Assembly (NCBI GenBank): GCA_034530615.2
Contig: JAVRCV020000048.1
Coordinates: 32,001 to 96,000 of the forward strand
DNA from: Aulosira sp. ZfuVER01
GTDB taxonomy: Bacteria > Cyanobacteriota > Cyanobacteriia > Cyanobacteriales > Nostocaceae
Direction: 5' to 3'
DNA length: 64,000 bases
Shown: positions 41,151 through 52,043 of the stretch, piece after piece
Layout: every line of letters starts with the position of its first letter
Position numbering within the stretch: position 1 is the first letter of the stretch
Translations under genes and position numbers: made by a program
The notes under the pieces: model-generated
Database searches by the model: none
What the model was told of the DNA's origin: nothing
The model's input: the letters and a program-made list of their open reading frames with translations, nothing else

Positions 41151-42659
41151 ATGCCTTTTCCCAGATCCAGCGGCATTTTGCTGCATCCTACTTCCTTTCC
41201 CAGTCGATTTGGAATTGGGGATTTAGGCTTAGAAGCCTATAGCTTTATTGATTTTCTCAAAGATAGCTACCAGCAATACTGGCAAGTTTTGCCTTTGGGG
41301 CCAACTGGGTATGGTAATTCTCCTTATGCTTGTTATTCGGCAATGGCAGGAAACCCCTTACTTATTAGCCCAGAACAACTGAAAGAACAAGGTTTACTTG
41401 CAGACGATGATTTTGCTAACTTACCAGTATATGAATCATCTAAAGTAGAGTACGAGCAAATTAAACCATTTAAGATTGATTTGCTCAAAAAAGCCTGTGA
41501 AAACTTTAAAACCAAAGCTACACCTTTACAGCAAAAAGAATTCGCTGGTTTTTGTCATAGCAAAGCCTATTGGCTAGATGACTATGCCTTATTTATGGCG
41601 CTGAAAGATACCCACGAAGGAACTAGCTGGCATACTTGGGAGCCAGAACTTGCCAAGCGCGAACCTCAAGCCATAGATCGGGCACAGCGAGAGCTAACTG
41701 CGGAAATATTCTTCCACAAATTTATTCAATTTGAATTTTTCCGTCAGTGGTCTGAACTCAAGAGCTATGCCAATATGAGCGGTATCCGCATTATTGGCGA
41801 TATCCCCATTTATGTAGCTCATGATAGCTCTGATGTTTGGGCAAACCCTGACATATTTTGTTTAGATGAAGAGACAGGGGAACCAGCTCTCATGGCAGGA
41901 GTTCCACCAGATTACTTTAGCGCCACTGGTCAACTGTGGGGGAATCCAGTATACAACTGGGAAGAATTGGAAAAACAAGATTTTAAGTGGTGGCTAGGGC
42001 GCTTTCAAGCAATGCTGGATTATGTGGATGTAATTCGCATTGACCACTTCCGAGGTTTTGAAGCTTACTGGGCTGTGGAACAAGGAGAAGAAACCGCCAT
42101 AAATGGAGAGTGGTTAAAAGCACCTGGGGAAGAGTTATTTGAAACGATTAAACAAAAGCTCGGCACTCTACCTGTATTAGCAGAAGATTTAGGAGTAATT
42201 ACACCAGAAGTAGAAGCATTGCGAGACCAGTTTGAATTTCCTGGAATGAAGGTCTTACAGTTTGCCTTTGGTTCCGATCCCGGTAATCCTTTTTTACCTT
42301 TCAACTATCCACGAAATGCGGTAGTTTACACTGGGACTCATGATAATGACACCACTCTTGGCTGGTTTAATCAAGCTAACGATTGGGAAAAGCAAAACTT
42401 GTTGCTTTATTTAGGTTGTATCAGTCCTGAAGGAATCCACTGGGATTTAATTCGACTGGCTTTGAGTTCGATCGCCAACCAGGCAATTATTCCTTTGCAG
42501 GATGTTTTGGGATTGGGAACAGAAGCGCGGATGAATTTCCCTAGTATTGCTGAGGGTAATTGGGAGTGGCGCTATCAACCAGAAGCTTTGACTGAAGAAT
42601 TAGGTCAAAGGCTGAAAATTCTCACTACACTCTACGGCCGTGCTCCCAGACAATCTTGA
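41151..42659 (+). CDS. malQ: 4-alpha-glucanotransferase (amylomaltase, GH77)
   Basis: SGILLHPTS, GVPPDYFSATGQLWGNP, RIDHFRG, AEDLG, THDNDT. Confidence 0.96.
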   Translation: MPFPRSSGILLHPTSFPSRFGIGDLGLEAYSFIDFLKDSYQQYWQVLPLGPTGYGNSPYACYSAMAGNPLLISPEQLKEQGLLADDDFANLPVYESSKVEYEQIKPFKIDLLKKACENFKTKATPLQQKEFAGFCHSKAYWLDDYALFMALKDTHEGTSWHTWEPELAKREPQAIDRAQRELTAEIFFHKFIQFEFFRQWSELKSYANMSGIRIIGDIPIYVAHDSSDVWANPDIFCLDEETGEPALMAGVPPDYFSATGQLWGNPVYNWEELEKQDFKWWLGRFQAMLDYVDVIRIDHFRGFEAYWAVEQGEETAINGEWLKAPGEELFETIKQKLGTLPVLAEDLGVITPEVEALRDQFEFPGMKVLQFAFGSDPGNPFLPFNYPRNAVVYTGTHDNDTTLGWFNQANDWEKQNLLLYLGCISPEGIHWDLIRLALSSIANQAIIPLQDVLGLGTEARMNFPSIAEGNWEWRYQPEALTEELGQRLKILTTLYGRAPRQS

Positions 42660-42803
42660 GTATCTAGTACTGAGTCCTGAGTAATGAGTTAAGTAAGGCA
42701 CTTAGAAAAACTTCAGTCATGGAGAAAAAGAAATTTTTTCTTTTCAATTCCTTAACTTCAGTAACTTAGCACTCACAACTCAGGACTCAGGACTCAGCAC
42801 TTT

Positions 42804-43616
42804 TCAAAACTTAGGTTTGGCAGCAATTTGGATTTCCTCTGGCTTTCCAAGCTCACCCATTTCCTTGGGTTGTTCCTGATTAACGCTCATCAATACACCA
42901 CCAGCATTATCAGTTTTCACAGTTAGTTGATCTTGAGCTTTCCAAGTGCGATGACTTCCTTGTGGAAGAGTACCTTCAAACTGAGTTTTGCCATCAGCTA
43001 CAACACGAATCCAAGATGAAGCCTTCAATGTGACACCAATCTGCACTGGCTGACCATCTTTGTTAGCCACGAGAGTGTTGCTATCAGGTTTAACTTCTGG
43101 TGCTTGTTTTGATTGTGTGTGTTGGGGTTGCGCCAAGGATTCTTTTTCTGGGTTTGGCCGGGTGGGGGTAGTACTTGCTTGTAAAGCAGAATCATTTAGT
43201 AGTTGAGATAAGCCACTGACAGAGCAGATAATCACAACTATATAAAGCAAGTAAAGATGCAGGGGACGTAATTGGTTAATTGGCTTATTAGTCCAAGCTG
43301 GCTTAGGGTTCACCTGTTGATAAACAATCGGAAAATTGCTAGCAAATTCCACTCCATTAAAGCCCAATGCATCGGCAAATTGCCTAATTAAGCCTTGAAT
43401 ATATATTGGTTCTGGTAGATCTTCTAAATTCCCTTCTTCAATAGCTTGCAACAGCCGTTTAGGAATTCTCGTTAATAAAACCACTTCTTCTAGAGATAAA
43501 CCCTGTTCTTGACGCGAGGCCCAAAGTTGACCACCTATTTCCGCTAACTTTTCGGCCTGCTGTTGCTCTACTGGAAGAGTTGGTGGCTGATTATCTTTCC
43601 TGCTAAACCATTTCAT
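42804..43616 (-). CDS. RodZ-like HTH-TM-DUF4115 protein
   Basis: N-terminal HTH (LQAIEEG..LPEPIYIQG), TM, C-terminal SWIRVVADG...NAGGV. Confidence 0.85.
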   Translation of the reverse strand: MKWFSRKDNQPPTLPVEQQQAEKLAEIGGQLWASRQEQGLSLEEVVLLTRIPKRLLQAIEEGNLEDLPEPIYIQGLIRQFADALGFNGVEFASNFPIVYQQVNPKPAWTNKPINQLRPLHLYLLYIVVIICSVSGLSQLLNDSALQASTTPTRPNPEKESLAQPQHTQSKQAPEVKPDSNTLVANKDGQPVQIGVTLKASSWIRVVADGKTQFEGTLPQGSHRTWKAQDQLTVKTDNAGGVLMSVNQEQPKEMGELGKPEEIQIAAKPKF

Positions 43617-44406
43617 GCGTAGTTACACTCCTTAACTCAGCTGAATCTTTAATAGGTATGTGCTTGATTTGCTGTTGCAAAAAGCGCATCTCATCATCTT
43701 TTAGGGAACGATAGTTACCCTCTTTTAAGTAGGGTCTTTTGGGAATTTGTAATTGGATCGGTCCAATAGCGGTTCTATGCAGCTTGATTACCGGGTAGCC
43801 TAACTGTTCGGCTATACGGCGAATCTGACGATTGCGTCCCTCCTTTAAAACAATTTCTAAAGAGCTTTGTGTATTCAAACTTTCTATAAGGCGCACTTCG
43901 GCTGGTCGTGTTCTTCTGCCGTCTAACAATACACCCTGACGCCACATTTGTAACAGATCTTCTGAGGGATGTCCCTTAACTATTACACGATAAGTCTTCG
44001 GAATGCTGTGACTTGGGTGGGTGAGAGCAAATGTGAGTTCGCCATCGTTAGTAAGTATTAATGCTCCAGTGGAATCAGTATCTAGACGCCCAACTGGATG
44101 AATACCTGCACCTTCTCGTATATCTTTTGGTAGTAAATCTAGAACTGTAGTTCTTCCCTGAGGGTCGTAGCAAGTAGAAACTACGCCAGCAGGTTTGTTT
44201 AGCAACAAATATATAAGAGCCGGACGTTGTTTTGTAACTACGAGTTTGCCGTCAACTGTAATTTTGTCTTTTTGGGGGTCAACTTTTTGACCTAGATGGG
44301 CCAATACTCCATTAATCCGCACACGCGATCGCCTAATCATTTCTTCGGCTTCACGACGTGAGGCAATACCCCATTGGGCGAGAACTTTTTGTAACCGTGC
44401 CTCCAT
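43603..44406 (-). CDS. rRNA pseudouridine synthase (RsuA/RluB family)
   Basis: S4 domain (RLQKVLAQWGIASRREAE), VGRLD, EGRNRQIRR. Confidence 0.93.
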   Translation of the reverse strand: MEARLQKVLAQWGIASRREAEEMIRRSRVRINGVLAHLGQKVDPQKDKITVDGKLVVTKQRPALIYLLLNKPAGVVSTCYDPQGRTTVLDLLPKDIREGAGIHPVGRLDTDSTGALILTNDGELTFALTHPSHSIPKTYRVIVKGHPSEDLLQMWRQGVLLDGRRTRPAEVRLIESLNTQSSLEIVLKEGRNRQIRRIAEQLGYPVIKLHRTAIGPIQLQIPKRPYLKEGNYRSLKDDEMRFLQQQIKHIPIKDSAELRSVTTHEMV

Positions 44407-44543
44407 GTGGAAATTGCTTATTCTTTCGCTAGGATTTAAATCATATTATTTGCATTTTGTCGTTAATAGCCTTAAATATTACATTTAAGGTCTGATTAAC
44501 TTCAGCCAATTGTTGAGTTTCTACCCATAAACACAAAAGTTAA

Positions 44544-45257
44544 ATGCCTGAGCAAAATTCAGATCCTAAACGTACCCATAAGATACGGATAATTACGAAT
44601 CTGCTCACAACAGCACTAAAGCTATGGTTGAGAGCGCAAGTCAGTCAAGTATCGCAAATAGAAGTGGAAATTAGAGCCAGCGATCGCCAACTTCTCTCCG
44701 GGAAAATTCCCTGGGTATCGATTTTTGCTAGTCATGCCGTTTATCAAGGTCTCCATATCGGACAAATTCAACTAGTGGCAGAAAATATTCAGGTCAACAT
44801 TGGCGCAATCATTAAAGGACAGCCACTAAGACTGTTAGAAACAGTACCAGTGGTTGGTGAATTGCTCGTCGAGGAGAAGGATCTGAATCATTCCCTCTCA
44901 TCCGATCTATTATCAGCGGCTTTAAATGATGTACTGGTTAAACTTTTACCAGAACAATGCGCAAAAACCAAGTCTATTTCTTGGCAAAAAATTATTCTGG
45001 AGAATAATCAAATTATACTCAGTGGCATTTTAGCATCTGAAGGCAACCCTATGCCTGTGGAGATTTGCACAGGTTTAGATTTAATCAGTGGTTGCGAGTT
45101 GCAACTAGCACCTTTGCAAATAAAATACGACACGGGAACTTTAGCACAGAGTAATCAAGAGTACAATTTCGATCTTGGCTCGGAAGTCGATATCCAAGAA
45201 CTCACATTGATCCCCGGTCAGCTATTGTGTCGCGGACGGATTAACGTCAACCCCTAA
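44544..45257 (+). CDS. DUF2993 (LmeA-like) protein
   Basis: ALKLWLRAQVSQV...LLSGKIPWV...AVYQGL. Confidence 0.75.
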   Translation: MPEQNSDPKRTHKIRIITNLLTTALKLWLRAQVSQVSQIEVEIRASDRQLLSGKIPWVSIFASHAVYQGLHIGQIQLVAENIQVNIGAIIKGQPLRLLETVPVVGELLVEEKDLNHSLSSDLLSAALNDVLVKLLPEQCAKTKSISWQKIILENNQIILSGILASEGNPMPVEICTGLDLISGCELQLAPLQIKYDTGTLAQSNQEYNFDLGSEVDIQELTLIPGQLLCRGRINVNP

Positions 45258-45462
45258 TGATTAGAAATCAAAAACTAAAAATGCTTATTATTTATAATAA
45301 TTTATATTTTTACCAGTGAATAAGAATTGGTCATGGGGCATTGGGCAAACAAGGAGTGTGGGAAGTGTGGAAAGATGTGGAAGACGGAGGGGAGCTAATA
45401 AAGAAAGTGTGGTTCGTTTCTCCCCTCTCTCCCCACACTCTCCCATCCTCCTTGTCCGCCCG

Positions 45463-45496
45463 AAGTTCAGATCGCCGGAAGCCGGCGCTCCGATTT
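45463..45496. repeat. Small dispersed hairpin repeat, copy 1
   Basis: AAGTTCAGATCGCCGGAAGCCGGCGCTCCGATTT; inverted copy at 57958-57991. Confidence 0.8.
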
Positions 45497-45511
45497 CTCT
45501 CCTTGTCTCCA

Positions 45512-46405
45512 TCATCTCCCTTCTGCAATCAGGGGCAATAACAAAGTCACGAAATAGTAAACTAAGGGAGCCGTAAAAATATAACTATCTGTACGATCTA
45601 AGATGCCGCCATGTCCAGGGATCAATTGTCCCGAATCCTTAACACCAGCATCGCGCTTGAGTACAGACTCGATTAAGTCGCCTAAAAGACTAGCAATCCC
45701 AATCAGCAAACCCAACGATAACCCAGTGTAGAGTGGTCTGGGCCAGTGAAGATAATAAGCCCCTGCTAAACCTACAGCAATGCTAGCGCTGATGCCAAAC
45801 ACGGCACCTTCAACAGTTTTTTTGGGGCTAATGTCAGACAAACGGGTTTTGCCGAAGAATTTGCCAATAGTATAAGCGCCAATATCTGCTGCCCAAATGC
45901 ACAAAAACGTCAGCACGGTCGCTCTTAAACCTTGGGGGAGGGAGGCAAGATTTCTTTGATCTAGAATATCTGTCCAGGTGGTAGGCCAGTAACCACCTAA
46001 AGGTAGATTACTGACTGCGGCACTAGCAAGCGATCGCAATCGCACCCAATAGCTTGGCAAGTAACCGACATAAAATAGCCCCATAATCGAAGCGGAAATA
46101 TCCGCGATCGTCGCCATTTTCGGCTGAAACAGTAGGTAAAAACAAATAAATGTCCCAGCTATAGGCATTACAGCATCAGCTAAATTTCCATCTAGAGTAC
46201 AGATCGCTAGTAAGGCTAGGCTGACAAATATCGTGGTTTTAGCAGCGGGAGCTATGCCTCTAGTTCGCACTAAATTAAAATATTCCTCTTGCCCTAAAAA
46301 GACAACAACCCCAATCATCACAGTAAAGTACCAACCCCCCAAGAGGGTTGAAACCAGAGCCAGCGCGATCGCAATAATTCCACTAATAATCCGAGACCAA
46401 GGCAT
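45512..46405 (-). CDS. cdsA: Phosphatidate cytidylyltransferase
   Basis: ISPKKTVEG, GDLIESVLKRDAGVKDSG, PGHGGILDRTDS. Confidence 0.95.
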   Translation of the reverse strand: MPWSRIISGIIAIALALVSTLLGGWYFTVMIGVVVFLGQEEYFNLVRTRGIAPAAKTTIFVSLALLAICTLDGNLADAVMPIAGTFICFYLLFQPKMATIADISASIMGLFYVGYLPSYWVRLRSLASAAVSNLPLGGYWPTTWTDILDQRNLASLPQGLRATVLTFLCIWAADIGAYTIGKFFGKTRLSDISPKKTVEGAVFGISASIAVGLAGAYYLHWPRPLYTGLSLGLLIGIASLLGDLIESVLKRDAGVKDSGQLIPGHGGILDRTDSYIFTAPLVYYFVTLLLPLIAEGR

Positions 46406-46494
46406 AGAAATTAAAGTATGAAGTATGAAGTATTAAGGATGAAGTTTTGCGTATGAGGTGTTAAATATTTAATTTTCATACTTTAGCCTTTAGC

Positions 46495-46610
46495 CTACCC
46501 TGCGGGTAGCCCTTCGGGTTCAGCAGTTGCTTTAAGTCGGGAAACCCGCCCAACGCACTGCTGACGCTCCTACGTCGCTACCGCTGCGCTAACACCGCTT
46601 TGCGTCTACA
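46495..46610. repeat. Composite nested small dispersed repeat
   Basis: Same modules as 11798-11866 in a different nesting order, set in STRR (GAAGTAT/TTTAGCC) DNA. Confidence 0.75.
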
Positions 46611-46620
46611 TCCTTCAAAT

Positions 46621-47223
46621 TTAGTCTAGTTTCTCACCACTGAGGATAAAAATGGGATCTACGGCGGCAAAGGTTTGAGAAAAGCCCCGCATCTCTAGGC
46701 GATTGACCGCAGATTGCACAACTTCAATATTGCGAGCTCTTAATTGGGCAAAACTTTGAGAAATAGCATACAGACTTTCTAGATTAGCAGCTGTAGCTAC
46801 AACTCTACCGGTTGTTGGGAGATAATCCCACACGGCTTGTAAGATTTCTTGGATGGGGCGTCCTCCTTCAATGCAAACGCGATGAGGAGTAACTTTCAGG
46901 TCTTGCAAACATTCTGGGGCGCTACCTTCAATGACTTCAACATTTTTTACCTCAAAGCGATCGCAGTTGCGGCGGATGAGATTGGCTACTTCTTCATCCC
47001 GTTCTACAGCGATAATTTGCCCGCCTGGACATAGCAATCCTACCTCTACAGGAATTGTACCTGTACCTGCGCCAATATCCCACAATACTGAATCTGCTTG
47101 AAGTCGTAATTGGGAAATGAGCAATAGCCTAACTTCTCGCTGACTCAGAGGTATTCCGGGCAAATGCTCGAACAATTCATCAGGTATACCTGGGGTAATG
47201 TAAGGCCAAATTTCAGAGGGCAT
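46621..47223 (-). CDS. cbiT: Precorrin-6B C15-methyltransferase (decarboxylating)
   Basis: TPGIPDELF, WDIGAGTG, EGSAPECL. Confidence 0.92.
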   Translation of the reverse strand: MPSEIWPYITPGIPDELFEHLPGIPLSQREVRLLLISQLRLQADSVLWDIGAGTGTIPVEVGLLCPGGQIIAVERDEEVANLIRRNCDRFEVKNVEVIEGSAPECLQDLKVTPHRVCIEGGRPIQEILQAVWDYLPTTGRVVATAANLESLYAISQSFAQLRARNIEVVQSAVNRLEMRGFSQTFAAVDPIFILSGEKLD

Positions 47224-47317
47224 AGAACTTAGATATTTATACTAAAGATATCAGCTTGTCTGTTTGATCGGTCGTAGGCTGTAACCAGCTTTAGGCGCAG
47301 CGTTATCAGTAATCACA

Positions 47318-48712
47318 ATGACTAACGAAATATTAAGCAGTCGCTACGAAGTTCAGCAACAATTGGGAAAAAAGGCAGGGCGACGGACGCTATTAGCCCG
47401 TGACTTACTAACTCAGGAACTCGTCATCATCAAGTTACTTATTTTTGGAGGTGACTTTGAATGGGATGATCTCAAGCTATTTGAACGTGAAGCTGAAACT
47501 CTAAAATCTTTATCAAATCCCTCTATTCCCAGCTATTTAGATTATTTTGAGCTGAATTCACCTAATCTTAAAGGATTTGCCCTCGTACAAACTTATATCT
47601 CAGCACAACCTTTAGATCAGTATTTAAAAGCTGGGCATATTTTTACAGAAGCAGAAGTTAAACAGATAGCTAAAGCGCTTTTAGAAATTCTCTGTTACTT
47701 ACATGGGCTACATCCGCCTGTAATTCACCGCGATATTAAGCCTAGCAATATTTTATTGGGGAATCGCTCTGGTAATAGCGTTGGTCAAGTTTATTTGGTA
47801 GATTTTGGCTCAGTACAGACTGTTTTGGCAACTGAAGGGGCGACTCGAACTGTCGTAGGAACCTATGGTTATATGCCTCCAGAGCAATTTGGGGGACGCA
47901 CCGTTCCCGCTTCCGATCTTTATAGTTTAGGTGCGACATTAATTTACCTGGTGACGGGTATCCAGCCAGCAGATTTACCTCAAAAGGATTTTCGGATGCA
48001 GTTTGAGCCAGTGGCTAATCTCAGCCCCAGCCTAACTAATTGGTTGCGGTGGCTAATTGAACCTAACCTAGAACGGCGCGCTAGTTCTGCCTTAGAGGCC
48101 CTACAAGCATTAGATAGACCTGAAAATCCCTATTCCTCAGAATTAGTAATTAGCCAACCACCAGGTAGCAAAATTCAACTAACAAAAAATGCGGATGAAT
48201 TGGAAATTATTATTCCACCGAGTGGTTGGCAACCATCTATGATTTTCTTAGGTACATTTGCGATCGCTTGGAATTCATTTATTCTATTTTGGACAATAGG
48301 CGCGCTTTCTGCACCCTTCCCCATTAACCTGCCCTTTGCCTTGTTCTCTCTGCCTTTTTGGGGTGCTGGCTGCTTTATGATGTATGGTTTTTTATTTAGC
48401 ATCTGGGGAAGCATTCGACTACGCCTAGATTGGCAAAAAGTAGCCTTAACTCACGAGTTATTCGGATTTAAATTCCATCGTCCCCGACCATCACCCAGAC
48501 AAAATATTACTAATTTGGTCTATATTCCGCAACATTTTACTAAAGACTCTGAGGGTAATAGAACTCAAGTCCCCGCGCAATTAGAGCTTTGGGCTGGGGT
48601 AGAAAAATATCAAGTTGGGAGTAATCATGGTGTCATAAAATCTCAAGCAGAACTGGAATGGCTAGCTCATGAATTAAGTGATTGGTTAAGTTTGCCTATT
48701 ACAAGAGAATAG
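47318..48712 (+). CDS. Ser/Thr protein kinase with two C-terminal TM helices
   Basis: HRDIKPSN, DFG, GTYGYMPPEQ; atypical Gly loop (LGKKAGRRT). Confidence 0.9.
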   Translation: MTNEILSSRYEVQQQLGKKAGRRTLLARDLLTQELVIIKLLIFGGDFEWDDLKLFEREAETLKSLSNPSIPSYLDYFELNSPNLKGFALVQTYISAQPLDQYLKAGHIFTEAEVKQIAKALLEILCYLHGLHPPVIHRDIKPSNILLGNRSGNSVGQVYLVDFGSVQTVLATEGATRTVVGTYGYMPPEQFGGRTVPASDLYSLGATLIYLVTGIQPADLPQKDFRMQFEPVANLSPSLTNWLRWLIEPNLERRASSALEALQALDRPENPYSSELVISQPPGSKIQLTKNADELEIIIPPSGWQPSMIFLGTFAIAWNSFILFWTIGALSAPFPINLPFALFSLPFWGAGCFMMYGFLFSIWGSIRLRLDWQKVALTHELFGFKFHRPRPSPRQNITNLVYIPQHFTKDSEGNRTQVPAQLELWAGVEKYQVGSNHGVIKSQAELEWLAHELSDWLSLPITRE

Positions 48713-48968
48713 CTATCTAGGTGTGTTCAGATTATCGGTCTCTATGTATAGATTACATTAAAAAAACTGCATTAAAACTTAGAACTATCTACTGTTTATC
48801 TAGTTTAAAATAAATAATTATTGTCGCTAAGTTTGATAATTTTATTGTTCAAAATACAGATAAAAACCGATAACTATCTATATTCATCTTTGGTTAAATA
48901 AAAAATTGACTTTAACAAAACTCTGATTGTATTACATTCACATAAAAATTGCTCTAATACCGATATTA

Positions 48969-48995
48969 CGTAAGGTGGGCAATGCCCACCTTACG
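48969..48995. repeat. REP-like palindrome
   Basis: CGTAAGGTGGGCA-a-TGCCCACCTTACG. Confidence 0.8.
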
Positions 48996-49100
48996 AATAC
49001 TTGGATTTTTGAAAAAATCAAGCCAGATTTTTATATTTCATTTCCATTAAAATCACTGTAATGTCTATAGTTAACTATAGATTGTTTCAAGGAGAAGCTT

Positions 49101-49274
49101 ATGTTGTTTGGACTGGGATGGCCAGAGGTGGCAATAATTGTGATAGTCGCTATTGTAATTTTTGGACCAAAAAAAATTCCCGAACTGGGGAATGCATTGG
49201 GTAAAACTCTACGGGGTTTTAAGGAGGAAGTTAAAGGTTCTAGTGCAGATAACAATTCAGAACACGAGCAATAA
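49101..49274 (+). CDS. tatA: Twin-arginine translocase TatA/E subunit (57 aa, absent from ORF track)
   Basis: MLFGLGWPEVAIIVIVAIVIFGPKKIPELGNALGKTLRGFKEE; AAGGAG RBS. Confidence 0.95.
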   Translation: MLFGLGWPEVAIIVIVAIVIFGPKKIPELGNALGKTLRGFKEEVKGSSADNNSEHEQ

Positions 49275-49340
49275 TATTCACCATTGGGAGCAACCAAGGG
49301 TCAAAAGTAGAGATACGAGCGATCGCATCTCTACTTTTGA

Positions 49341-52043
49341 CTACAGCAGTGTATTGATGATCGAAGATGCAACGCCATTTTGAGAATCTACGATCGCCGT
49401 AGTCGCATTTTGTTGATGTGTTTCTTCTTTAACTACGCCACGTGCCCTAATTAAGCGAATAGCGCGGCTGACGCTTTCTGGTAATATCACGACCAGGCTG
49501 TTCTCTGGAGCCATGTCTAAGGCTTTATTGATGGCTTGGGTTTCATCTAAGATTGATTCAAAACGGCAATTGGGTTTAACCTGGGTAATGCCTTTAGTAA
49601 TCAACTCTGAGGCTGAACCTCTAGGACGACCCCTAGTGTCATCGTCTTCTTTGATGATGATGTAATCAAAAATATCGGCTGCTAATTTACCCAAGGTAAC
49701 AAAATCTTCGTCGCGGCGATCGCCTGGGCCCCCAACAACACCAATTCGCTGTCCCGAATTCCAGTTACGGACGAAGGAACCTACAGCTTCGTAACTTGCT
49801 GGGTTGTGAGCATAGTCTATCAAAGCATGATAGTTGCCTAAATTAAACAAATTCATCCGTCCTGGCGTTTGACTGACGGAAGCCCGAAAGGTCTTCAAGC
49901 CGGCGCGAATCTGCTCAATTGTGACGTTTTGTACAAAAGCTGCCAAACTTGCTGCTAAAGCGTTAGCAATCATAAATGGCGCACGTCCACCCATTGTTAA
50001 GGGAATAGCTTCTGCCCTTTCGATGCGGTGTGTCCAATCGCCTTTGACAATTGAGAGATAGCCATTTTCATAAACTGCTGCTACTCCCCCCTTTTGAATG
50101 TGCTTGCGCACGAGTTCCGAGTCAGGGTTCATTGTGAAGTAAGCAATATTCGCTTTGGTTTTTTCTGCCATTGCTGCAACCCGATGATCGTCGGCGTTGA
50201 GTACAGCATAGCCATCAGGAAATACTGCTTCTGCTACTACACTCTTGAGGTTAGCTAATTGGTCAATAGTATCTATATCGCCTATTCCTAAGTGATCGGC
50301 AGCAACATTTAACACTACACCTACATTTGCAGCTTCAAAACCCAGCCCCGAACGCAGAATCCCGCCACGAGCGCTTTCCAACACAGCTACTTCTACTGTG
50401 GGGTCTTGCAAGATTAGATGGGCGCTTTGCGGCCCGGTATTATCGCCAGCTTCTACTAAGTAATCACCGATATAAGTTCCATCAGTAGTTGTATAACCAA
50501 CTACTTTACCTGTCTGCTTGTAGATGTGTGCCAGTAGTCTAGTGGTAGTAGTTTTACCATTAGTACCAGTGACGCTGAGTATGGGAATGCGGCTAGATTG
50601 TTCATTGGGGAACAACATATCCATGACTGCGCCAGCGACATTGCGGGGAATACCTTGACTGGGCGCAACGTGCATTCTAAAGCCAGGGGCAGCGTTCACT
50701 TCGACAATTACGCCATCTACTTCCCTTAAGGGGCGACTAATATCTGTAGTGACGATATCCAGTCCGGCAATATCCAAACCAATAATCTTCACTACCCGTT
50801 GTGCCAGCCAAACAGTTTCGGGGTGGATTTCATCAGTACGGTCTAGGGCACTGCCTCCTGTACTTAAATTAGCTGTAGCTCGCAGATAACAAACTATACC
50901 TTTGGGCAGAATGCTATTGAGCGTATAGCCTTGCCTTTCTAGAAGCTGGTAGCTTGTCCGGTCGAGTTCAATTTTGGTGAGAACATTGTCATGTCCTTCA
51001 CCGCGATTTGGATCTTGGTTTGTTTCCTCTATCAGTTCCGCAACACTAGATCTGCCGTTACCAACTACATGGGCTGGTACACGTTCAGCTACTGCTACAA
51101 CTTTGCCATCTACCACCAATACCCGATGATCTCGCCCAACGTAATACCGTTCAACAATAATTGATCGGGAAACCTGTCTGGCTGCTTCATAAGCTGCCTC
51201 GGCTTCTTCCCAGGTTCTAATATCAATGGTGATCCCGCGTCCGTGATTACCGTCTAAGGGCTTGATGACTATGGGATAACCACCAACATATTCAATTGCT
51301 TCTTCTAAATCGTCCAAGAAGCTGATGACTGTACCTTTAGGTACTGGTACACCAGCAGCAGCGAGGATGCGTTTGGTGGCTTCTTTATCGCAAGCTAGTT
51401 CTACTCCCAAAATGCCCGTGTTGTCGGTCATTGTTGCTTGCATCCGCTTTTGGTTCACGCCATAGCCTAGCTGAATCAAAAAGCGTGCCCCCAAAGCCAT
51501 CCAGGGAATACCACGTTTTTCTGCTTCTTTGACGATCGCTTCTGTAGATGGCCCCAAAGATGAATCTCGCCAAAAGTCTTTTAAGTCTTGAATATCTTGT
51601 TCTAGCTCGGCTTTGGGATAACGACCGCGATCGACAATACTTTGGCACAAACGCACCGCTGCTCGTCCAGCGTAGCGTCCTGCTTCCTCATTTAGGTACT
51701 CTAGTACTACCTGATAAATGCCAGGTGTAGCCGTTTCGCGGGTGCGACCAAAGCCTACGTGCATCCCAGCTAATTCTTGTAGCTCTAAAGCTACGTGTTC
51801 AACGATATGGCCCATCATTGTGCCTTCTCGCACCCGCATTAAAAAACCACCACGACAGCCCGGTGAGCAATAGTGGCCCTCCAGACTTGGCAGCGCCTCA
51901 ACTAATCCTTCGTAAAAACCAGGGATTTCATTCGAGGGCGTCTCGGCAAGGTTTTCTAAATCGAGGCGCATGACGATCAGCTTGTGGCGTCGAATGCTCC
52001 AGTAGTTTGGGCCGCGTAAGGTCTGGATCTTGAGGATTCTCAT
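49341..52043 (-). CDS. cphA: Cyanophycin synthetase
   Basis: MRILKIQTLRGPNYWS; ATP-grasp (KPLDGNHGRG) and Mur-ligase (TGTNGKTT) domains. Confidence 0.97.
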   Translation of the reverse strand: MRILKIQTLRGPNYWSIRRHKLIVMRLDLENLAETPSNEIPGFYEGLVEALPSLEGHYCSPGCRGGFLMRVREGTMMGHIVEHVALELQELAGMHVGFGRTRETATPGIYQVVLEYLNEEAGRYAGRAAVRLCQSIVDRGRYPKAELEQDIQDLKDFWRDSSLGPSTEAIVKEAEKRGIPWMALGARFLIQLGYGVNQKRMQATMTDNTGILGVELACDKEATKRILAAAGVPVPKGTVISFLDDLEEAIEYVGGYPIVIKPLDGNHGRGITIDIRTWEEAEAAYEAARQVSRSIIVERYYVGRDHRVLVVDGKVVAVAERVPAHVVGNGRSSVAELIEETNQDPNRGEGHDNVLTKIELDRTSYQLLERQGYTLNSILPKGIVCYLRATANLSTGGSALDRTDEIHPETVWLAQRVVKIIGLDIAGLDIVTTDISRPLREVDGVIVEVNAAPGFRMHVAPSQGIPRNVAGAVMDMLFPNEQSSRIPILSVTGTNGKTTTTRLLAHIYKQTGKVVGYTTTDGTYIGDYLVEAGDNTGPQSAHLILQDPTVEVAVLESARGGILRSGLGFEAANVGVVLNVAADHLGIGDIDTIDQLANLKSVVAEAVFPDGYAVLNADDHRVAAMAEKTKANIAYFTMNPDSELVRKHIQKGGVAAVYENGYLSIVKGDWTHRIERAEAIPLTMGGRAPFMIANALAASLAAFVQNVTIEQIRAGLKTFRASVSQTPGRMNLFNLGNYHALIDYAHNPASYEAVGSFVRNWNSGQRIGVVGGPGDRRDEDFVTLGKLAADIFDYIIIKEDDDTRGRPRGSASELITKGITQVKPNCRFESILDETQAINKALDMAPENSLVVILPESVSRAIRLIRARGVVKEETHQQNATTAIVDSQNGVASSIINTLL

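Noticed and set aside
45288..45576. Four overlapping small ORFs
   Set aside because: They span low-complexity G/C-rich repeats and a dispersed hairpin element between convergent genes
49031..49383. ORF-track calls 49031-49297 (-) and 49162-49383 (+)
   Set aside because: Shadows of the real tatA gene at 49101-49274
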